Of a stretch of 64,000 nucleotides of DNA, positions 58,699 through 64,000 are shown piece after piece. Location: positions 839-64,838 of the forward strand of contig DAOVQB010000002.1 of assembly GCA_030628905.1 (NCBI GenBank), read 5' to 3'. Numbering within the stretch: the first letter of the stretch is position 1; each line of letters opens with the position of its first letter. The DNA is from Candidatus Eiseniibacteriota bacterium (lineage in GTDB: Bacteria > Eisenbacteria > RBG-16-71-46 > CAIMUX01 > WJJG01). The position numbers were made by a program, and so were the translations under genes. The notes under the pieces are model-generated. The model was given only the letters and a program-made list of their open reading frames with translations, ran no database searches and had not been told where the DNA came from.

Positions 58699-60618
58699 AT
58701 GCTCAGTAAAACCACGCTATGGTGCTTCCTCGTTGGGCTGCTTGTCACTCTGACCGGTTGCGCTAGTGAGACCTCACGGATGGAGACCAGACTCATCCCA
58801 CTGGATGATTTCTTCAAGAACCCACAGAAGATCCGTCTCCGGCTTTCCCCCAACGGCGAGTACATTGCCTTCCTGATGCCCTGGCAGACGCGGTTCAACA
58901 TCCACGTGCAGGAAATCGGATCAAACGAAGTGGCGCGCATCACCGAATCAACCGAGCGCGACATCATCCAATACAACTGGGCCAACAACAACCGCATCGT
59001 GTACGCCCAAGACACAGCCGGCGACGAGAATTACCGCGCCTACGCCGTCGATATCGATGGATCCAACCCGATCGACCTGACCCCCTTCGAGGGCGTCAAG
59101 GTGGGACTCGTCGATGAACTGAGGGACAATGACGATGAGATGCTGATCTCGATGAACAAACGTGACGCTCACGTCTTTGATGTCTACCGCATCAATGTCA
59201 ATACGGCCGAGATGGAGATGATCGCCGAAAACCCAGGCAACATCTCCACCTGGATAACCGATCATGACGGCCGGCTCCGGATCGCCATGACCGCTGACGG
59301 GGTCAATGAGAGCCTGCTGTACCGGAAAACCGAATCCGATCCATTCGAAACGATCATCACCACGAACTTCAAAGACACGCTCCACCCGCTCTGCTTCACA
59401 TTCGACAACAAGTATATCTATGTCGCTTCCAACATCGACCGCGATAAGTCAGCCATCTACAAGTACGATATCGAGAAAGGAGAGCCCCTGGAGCTCATCT
59501 ACGACCACCCGGAAGTGGATGTCAGTCAGCTGCTCAAGTCCAGGAAACGGAAGGTCATTACCGGCGTGACATACACAACGGACAAGCGCCACTACCATTT
59601 CTTTGATCAAGAGCGCAAGGCACTGCAGGAAACCCTCGAACAAAGACTCCCTGGCTACGAAGTAGCCGTCGCAAGCATGAGTAAGGATGAGAGCAAAGTA
59701 CTGGTTGTGACCTATAGCGATAAGTCCATGGGAACTTACTATTACTTCAACAGGCCCACCGGGGAACTCGAGAAGCTGGTCGATATCAGTCCCTGGCTCA
59801 AGGAAGATGAAATGGCCGACATGCAGCCGATTCAGTATGTCTCACGGGATGGCTTGACGATCCACGGCTATCTGACCATTCCGCGGGGCGCCGAGCCCAA
59901 GAACCTGCCGGTCATTATCTTCCCGCACGGCGGCCCCTGGGCGCGAGATAGGTGGGGCTTCTCCCCGGAAGTCCAGTTCCTGGCGAATCGGGGCTATGCC
60001 ATCCTGCAGATGAACTTCCGCGGCTCGCTCGGCTACGGCAAGGCTTTCTGGCAGGCCTCATTCAAGGAGTGGGGCCGAACCATGCAGGACGACATCACGG
60101 ATGGCGTGAATTGGTTGATCGAGAAGGAGATCGCCGATCCAAAGCGGATCGGGATTTATGGTGGCTCCTACGGCGGTTTTGCAGTCCTTGCGGGCTTGGC
60201 CTTCACGCCCGATCTATACGCGGTCGGCGTGGATTACATCGGTGTCTCGAATCTCTTCACCTGGATGGCGGCCATCCCACCCTATTGGGAGATAGGCCGT
60301 CAGATGTTCTATGAGATGATTGGGGATCCGGAGAAGGACAAGGAACTGCTCGAGGCGGCCTCCCCGATATTCCATGTGGACCGGATTCAAGCCCCGCTGT
60401 TTGTGGCCCAGGGAGCGAATGATGTCCGTGTGAAGAAGGCGGAATCGGACCAGATCGTCGAAGCACTCCGCGAGCGAGGGGTTGACGTGACCTACATGGT
60501 CAAGGAGAACGAAGGTCACGGGTTCATGAACGAGGAGAACCGATTCGACTTCTACCGTGAGATGGAGGGGTTCCTGGGCAAGCACCTCGGTGGCCGAGTG
60601 GAGAAGCCGGGACAGTAG
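58699..60618 (+). CDS. S9-family serine peptidase (prolyl oligopeptidase / dipeptidyl peptidase type), lipoprotein
   Basis: Lipobox LTGC. Beta-propeller N-domain. GGSYGGF nucleophile elbow. C-terminal ...EGHGF. Confidence 0.9.
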   Translation: MLSKTTLWCFLVGLLVTLTGCASETSRMETRLIPLDDFFKNPQKIRLRLSPNGEYIAFLMPWQTRFNIHVQEIGSNEVARITESTERDIIQYNWANNNRIVYAQDTAGDENYRAYAVDIDGSNPIDLTPFEGVKVGLVDELRDNDDEMLISMNKRDAHVFDVYRINVNTAEMEMIAENPGNISTWITDHDGRLRIAMTADGVNESLLYRKTESDPFETIITTNFKDTLHPLCFTFDNKYIYVASNIDRDKSAIYKYDIEKGEPLELIYDHPEVDVSQLLKSRKRKVITGVTYTTDKRHYHFFDQERKALQETLEQRLPGYEVAVASMSKDESKVLVVTYSDKSMGTYYYFNRPTGELEKLVDISPWLKEDEMADMQPIQYVSRDGLTIHGYLTIPRGAEPKNLPVIIFPHGGPWARDRWGFSPEVQFLANRGYAILQMNFRGSLGYGKAFWQASFKEWGRTMQDDITDGVNWLIEKEIADPKRIGIYGGSYGGFAVLAGLAFTPDLYAVGVDYIGVSNLFTWMAAIPPYWEIGRQMFYEMIGDPEKDKELLEAASPIFHVDRIQAPLFVAQGANDVRVKKAESDQIVEALRERGVDVTYMVKENEGHGFMNEENRFDFYREMEGFLGKHLGGRVEKPGQ

Positions 60619-60840
60619 GTTACAGTAGGCCGCGATGGCAGTGGGCCATAGTAGGCTTCAATATAAGGAGTTAGGGCGCTGCCTCTGGTTGCCCTCCGCC
60701 ATACCAGGATGCCCCGTCCAGGGCCTCCCGCCGCTCACATCCCCTTGACAATCTACCCAAATGTCCTGTAAGCTTAGGGCTGGGTGAACGTATACGTAAG
60801 CTGTCGACAGCAACTGAAGGTACGGTAGGAGGTTATGCTT

Positions 60841-61512
60841 ATGAAACATCTATGGATCGGAGTCGCCTGCTTGGCGCTGCTCGCGGGAACCGCGGTAGCG
60901 GACATAGTCGACGACTTCGAAGACGGCAACATGGACGAATGGACCATGACTCCTGACCCAGTTGGGTATCAGATCACTGCCGCTGCCGCGCACGATGGCG
61001 CTCTGGGCTGCGAGGTCTACAGCACGCGGACCGGCTGGCTATGGCGGGATGACCCCCAAGCTCACTGCGGCCAGGGCAACACTGTGGCCTGTTGGACCAA
61101 GCTGAACGTGTCCAGCTGGACCCGCAACTACTTTGGTTTCGGTGCCTCCGCGGGGGGTTGCTACAGCGCTGTGCTGGGTGACAATACCAACACGCTCATT
61201 ATCCAGTACAATGCTGGCTTTGGGTACGAGACCATAGCTGATACCCCATTCGTTTTCATCAACGGCTACTGGTACCTCCTCGAGGTAGACTGGGTAGTTG
61301 GTGGAACCATCACTGCCAATCTCTATGACAGTGACGGCGTGACCCTCCTGGCCACCGTAACTGCCGTTGACAATCGCATTACCGAGGGCGGTGTGGCCAT
61401 GCGGACATTCGGCGACTCGTATGATCCAGGCTGCTGGGACACGATCACGCGCGATGGTCTGGTCCCGACCGAGTCGAACACTTGGGGCTCGATCAAGGCA
61501 ATGTTCCAGTAG
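60841..61512 (+). CDS. Small secreted LamG/ConA-like protein with the C-terminal motif TWGSIKAMFQ-COOH
   Basis: AGGAGG RBS. Signal peptide MKHLWIGVACLALLAGTAVA. Same C-terminal 10-mer class as the gene at 2531..3358. Confidence 0.7.
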   Translation: MKHLWIGVACLALLAGTAVADIVDDFEDGNMDEWTMTPDPVGYQITAAAAHDGALGCEVYSTRTGWLWRDDPQAHCGQGNTVACWTKLNVSSWTRNYFGFGASAGGCYSAVLGDNTNTLIIQYNAGFGYETIADTPFVFINGYWYLLEVDWVVGGTITANLYDSDGVTLLATVTAVDNRITEGGVAMRTFGDSYDPGCWDTITRDGLVPTESNTWGSIKAMFQ

Positions 61513-61532
61513 ATCTGGGCACATCTGACACG

Positions 61533-61572
61533 GAAACCGGGGGGATTTCACCCGCCTCCCGGTTTCTCTATG
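61533..61572 (+). terminator. Candidate intrinsic terminator after gene 60841..61512
   Basis: 12-bp GC-rich stem (GAAACCGGGGGG / CCTCCCGGTTTC, one G-U wobble), 10-nt loop, then a TCTCTAT tail. Confidence 0.4.
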
Positions 61573-61689
61573 CCCGGAATCTGCCTTCCGGCTTCTTGAC
61601 ATCCCCCCCGCCGACTTCTTGACATCCCCCCGGGAATGGTTCTCAGGGCACTTTTCCCGCGTCCCAGTGAAAGGCAGCCCCGAAGGACT

Positions 61690-63270
61690 GGTCGGGGATC
61701 GAACAGGGAATCTGTTTTGAAAACGTGTGGTTTTCCTACACTGATGACGAGAACTGGGTGCTGCGGGACGTGAGCTTTGAGATCCCGGCTGGGAAACGCC
61801 TGGCGCTCGCGGGCGTTACCGGGGGAGGGAAGACGACCGTCATCTCCTTGCTCCTGCGCTTCTACGATCCCCAGCGTGGGCGTATCACCGTCGACGGCAT
61901 CGACTCCGCGACCTGCCCAGGGCATCGCTGCGCCGGCGCTTCGCACTCGTACTGCAGGACATCATCCTCTTTCCCGGGGATGTGGAATCGAACATCACCC
62001 TTGAGTCAGACGCGATGACCCGCGAGGAGGTCTGGGAAGCCGCTCGAACTGTAGACGCCGACCGGTTTATACGCCGGTTGCCGGACGGGTATCAGACCGA
62101 GGTATCCGAGAAGGGTGCCAATTTTAGCCGCGGCGAGCGCCAACTGTTATCCTTTGCACGCGCCCTGGCAGTGAATCCCGATCTACTGATACTGGATGAA
62201 GCGACCAGCTCAGTGGATCCCGAGACGGAACGGACCATCCAGGCGGCTCTGCAGGTGTTTGGCCCCCGCATGGTGGGTTTCACGATCGATTATCTCAAGA
62301 CCGATGAGGTCCCGGGCCATTGGCTGGCCTCCTGGGTGGTCAGTGCCGGGGCATCGTTGTCTTTGTCGCCTGGTGTGTCGTTCGCCTTGGGCTTCATTGT
62401 CCTGGGACTGTTCACCTTCTCGCTCTATGCGTACTTCCAGTCCTGGCGCGCCTGGATGAACACCAAGTTGGAATGGCTCTTCCGGCAGGATGCCTTTGAC
62501 CGCATCACCAGCAAGGGGCCGGACTTCTTCAACCGATTCCGGACCGGCGACCTGGTGACGCGTATGACCGACGATGTGGCTGAGAAGCTGTCCTGGTTCG
62601 CCTGTTCGGGGATCTTCCGTCTCTATGAGGCGCTGTTGTACATCGTCTTCATCGTCTGCATGATGGCCAGCATCGACGCAGGCCTGACGCTCTGGACTGC
62701 CGGGCCGCTACCGTTATTGATTCTGATCTTTTTCAGAAGCTCATCGATCCTCGACCGGCGTTACGATCGCTTGCAGCGGCGGATATCAGCAGTCTCGATC
62801 AACCGATTGATGGAACTGGAGAAGGTGTCACCCATGGTGCGCGACCAAGGCACCCGGAGTGCCAGCGGCGATGTGCGGGGCGAGATCCGCTTCGAGGACA
62901 TCGACTTCGCCTTTCCCGGATCTTCCCGGAAGGTGATCGACGGCGCCCCATTCGACATCGACGCAGGGCAGACCATCGCCCTGGTGGGGAAGCCCAAGAT
63001 CCTGATCCTGGACGACTGCACCTCAGCGCTTGACTCACAGACCGAAACCGCCCTGTGGGACCGACTGCATGTGGTGATGCCAGGGATGACAGCGATCCTG
63101 ATCACCCACCGGCCGGACACGCTGCAACAGGCCGACAGGATCTTCGTCCTGCAAAGAGGGACAGATCGTCGAGCAGGGACGGCACAGCGAGTTGGTGGAG
63201 CGTGGAGGCGAATACGCCCGGGTCTACCGGCGGCTCGAACTCGAGGAGGCGGTGGGGGCCGGATAGTGAG
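61690..63270 (+). pseudogene. Decayed remnant of tandem ABC-exporter genes (TMD-NBD type) with multiple deletions and a frameshift
   Basis: 61690..61908 is an NBD start (FENVWFSY...GVTGGGKTTV) with no upstream TMD. A 1-nt frameshift lies near 61905. The NBD continues ASLRRRFALVLQDIILFPG...FSRGERQLLSFARAL...ILDEATSSVD and then joins directly to a partial TMD (FFNRFRTGDLVTRMTDDV). A second NBD start (IRFEDIDFAFPG...TIALVG) jumps directly to Walker B and the H-loop (ILILDDCTSALD...ILITHR). Confidence 0.7.
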
Positions 63271-63307
63271 GCCGTCGCGTCTGTCGACCGCATACCGTTC
63301 TTACTCG

Positions 63308-64000
63308 TCAATCCCTAATCATGCGCTGCTTGCCATACTGATTCCGGTACACGCGCAAGTTCCCCACAGCGCCAATCTGCCACACGACATCCTTTGGTTC
63401 TTCCCGCGCAACCCAATTGTGGTGAAACTCGGCCATCCCGAGGGGCACCCCCCGTAGCACTAGCACATGCCGGTCCTTCGCTAGGAAGGTGTTGTGATGG
63501 ATACTGATCCGCTCGCCGGCGAAGTCGGCATATCCATCATGGTGGCGCAGGATCTCCTCTTCAGACAACGCACAGTGATAGAGGCGGACCTCATCTAGCG
63601 TACCCTTGAAACTGGAGGCGCTCAGCCCCGCGTCGAGGCCAATGGTGAAGCTTGTATCGGCCGGCGTCATCCCAATGCAATCGCAGCATCCTGCCGCCAG
63701 TCCGTTCACGTAGAGCTCGAGCTTCCTTCCGTTGTGCACGAAAGCAACGAAGGTCCACTCGCCAGATTTGATGTTCCGTTTCGAGACAATCCACTTTCGT
63801 ACGCCCTTGGCGTCATACATGACGGCCGCTACCTCGCTGCCGACAAGTCGCAGCTCGTACCCCGCCCCCGGTCTCCTGTGTTGGATTCGGCTAGCAATCG
63901 AACGCGTCCCGCTTGTGTCTTGCGGCCGCACCCAGGCCATCAAGGTCATCCCGCCAATCGGGTTGAGTGTCCAGTGGTCTCCGCACGCTATATAGTCATC
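63308..64000 (-). CDS. LamG/ConA-like domain protein (partial; the frame stays open to the window end)
   Basis: ...MAWVRPQD...GTLDEVRLYHCALSEEEI, typical of LamG. The reading frame continues upstream beyond 64000. Confidence 0.6.
   Translation of the reverse strand, partial: DDYIACGDHWTLNPIGGMTLMAWVRPQDTSGTRSIASRIQHRRPGAGYELRLVGSEVAAVMYDAKGVRKWIVSKRNIKSGEWTFVAFVHNGRKLELYVNGLAAGCCDCIGMTPADTSFTIGLDAGLSASSFKGTLDEVRLYHCALSEEEILRHHDGYADFAGERISIHHNTFLAKDRHVLVLRGVPLGMAEFHHNWVAREEPKDVVWQIGAVGNLRVYRNQYGKQRMIRD

Noticed and set aside
61725-63457. Treating ORFs 61725..62018 and 61982..63457 as intact ABC transporter genes
   Set aside because: Domain order is scrambled or truncated (NBD without TMD; TMD lacking TM1 and TM5-6; NBD lacking Walker A through signature). 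They are pseudogene fragments.

Overview
High-GC (~60-65%) bacterial chromosomal window that is densely coding on both strands. It is probably from an uncultivated lineage. It encodes two secreted peptidases with T9SS-type (Por_Secre_tail-like) C-terminal domains, which suggests an FCB-group/Gemmatimonadota-like organism, but that is inference only.

Content from start to end:
- a partial AI-2E transporter and an MBL/beta-CASP hydrolase;
- a flavoprotein / aldehyde:ferredoxin oxidoreductase (AOR) / tandem class-II-aldolase operon;
- an HD-GYP protein and an MFS transporter;
- an HcnABC/opine-oxidase-like FAD/Fe-S dehydrogenase pair with an overlapping GTGA junction;
- a glycosyltransferase;
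- urocanase co-oriented with a secreted C1 peptidase;
- an SLC13/TrkA-C transporter;
- a ZAS anti-sigma factor with no adjacent sigma factor;
- an M14 carboxypeptidase and a 989-aa LamG+C39-like protein, both with T9SS C-terminal domains;
- an MdtABC-like MFP+RND+RND efflux operon;
- a stand-alone REC protein followed by a single-polypeptide NfnA-NfnB-like fusion;
- a beta-helix repeat protein;
- an 1850-aa tandem double UvrA;
- a PAS histidine kinase with an NtrC-family regulator that has a degenerate GAFTGA motif;
- a NuoE-like / NuoF(HndC)-like / GltD-inserted NuoG(FdhA)-like gene cluster;
- an S9 peptidase;
- a decayed ABC-exporter pseudogene region;
- a partial LamG protein.

The most interesting system is the NuoE/NuoF/GltD-FdhA-like cluster, a candidate flavin-based electron-bifurcating NADH/NADPH/ferredoxin transhydrogenase. 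Its 1230-aa subunit appears to lack the catalytic Cys/Sec. It sits next to an unusual REC-2xRAM regulator. No rRNA, tRNA or CRISPR was recognised.
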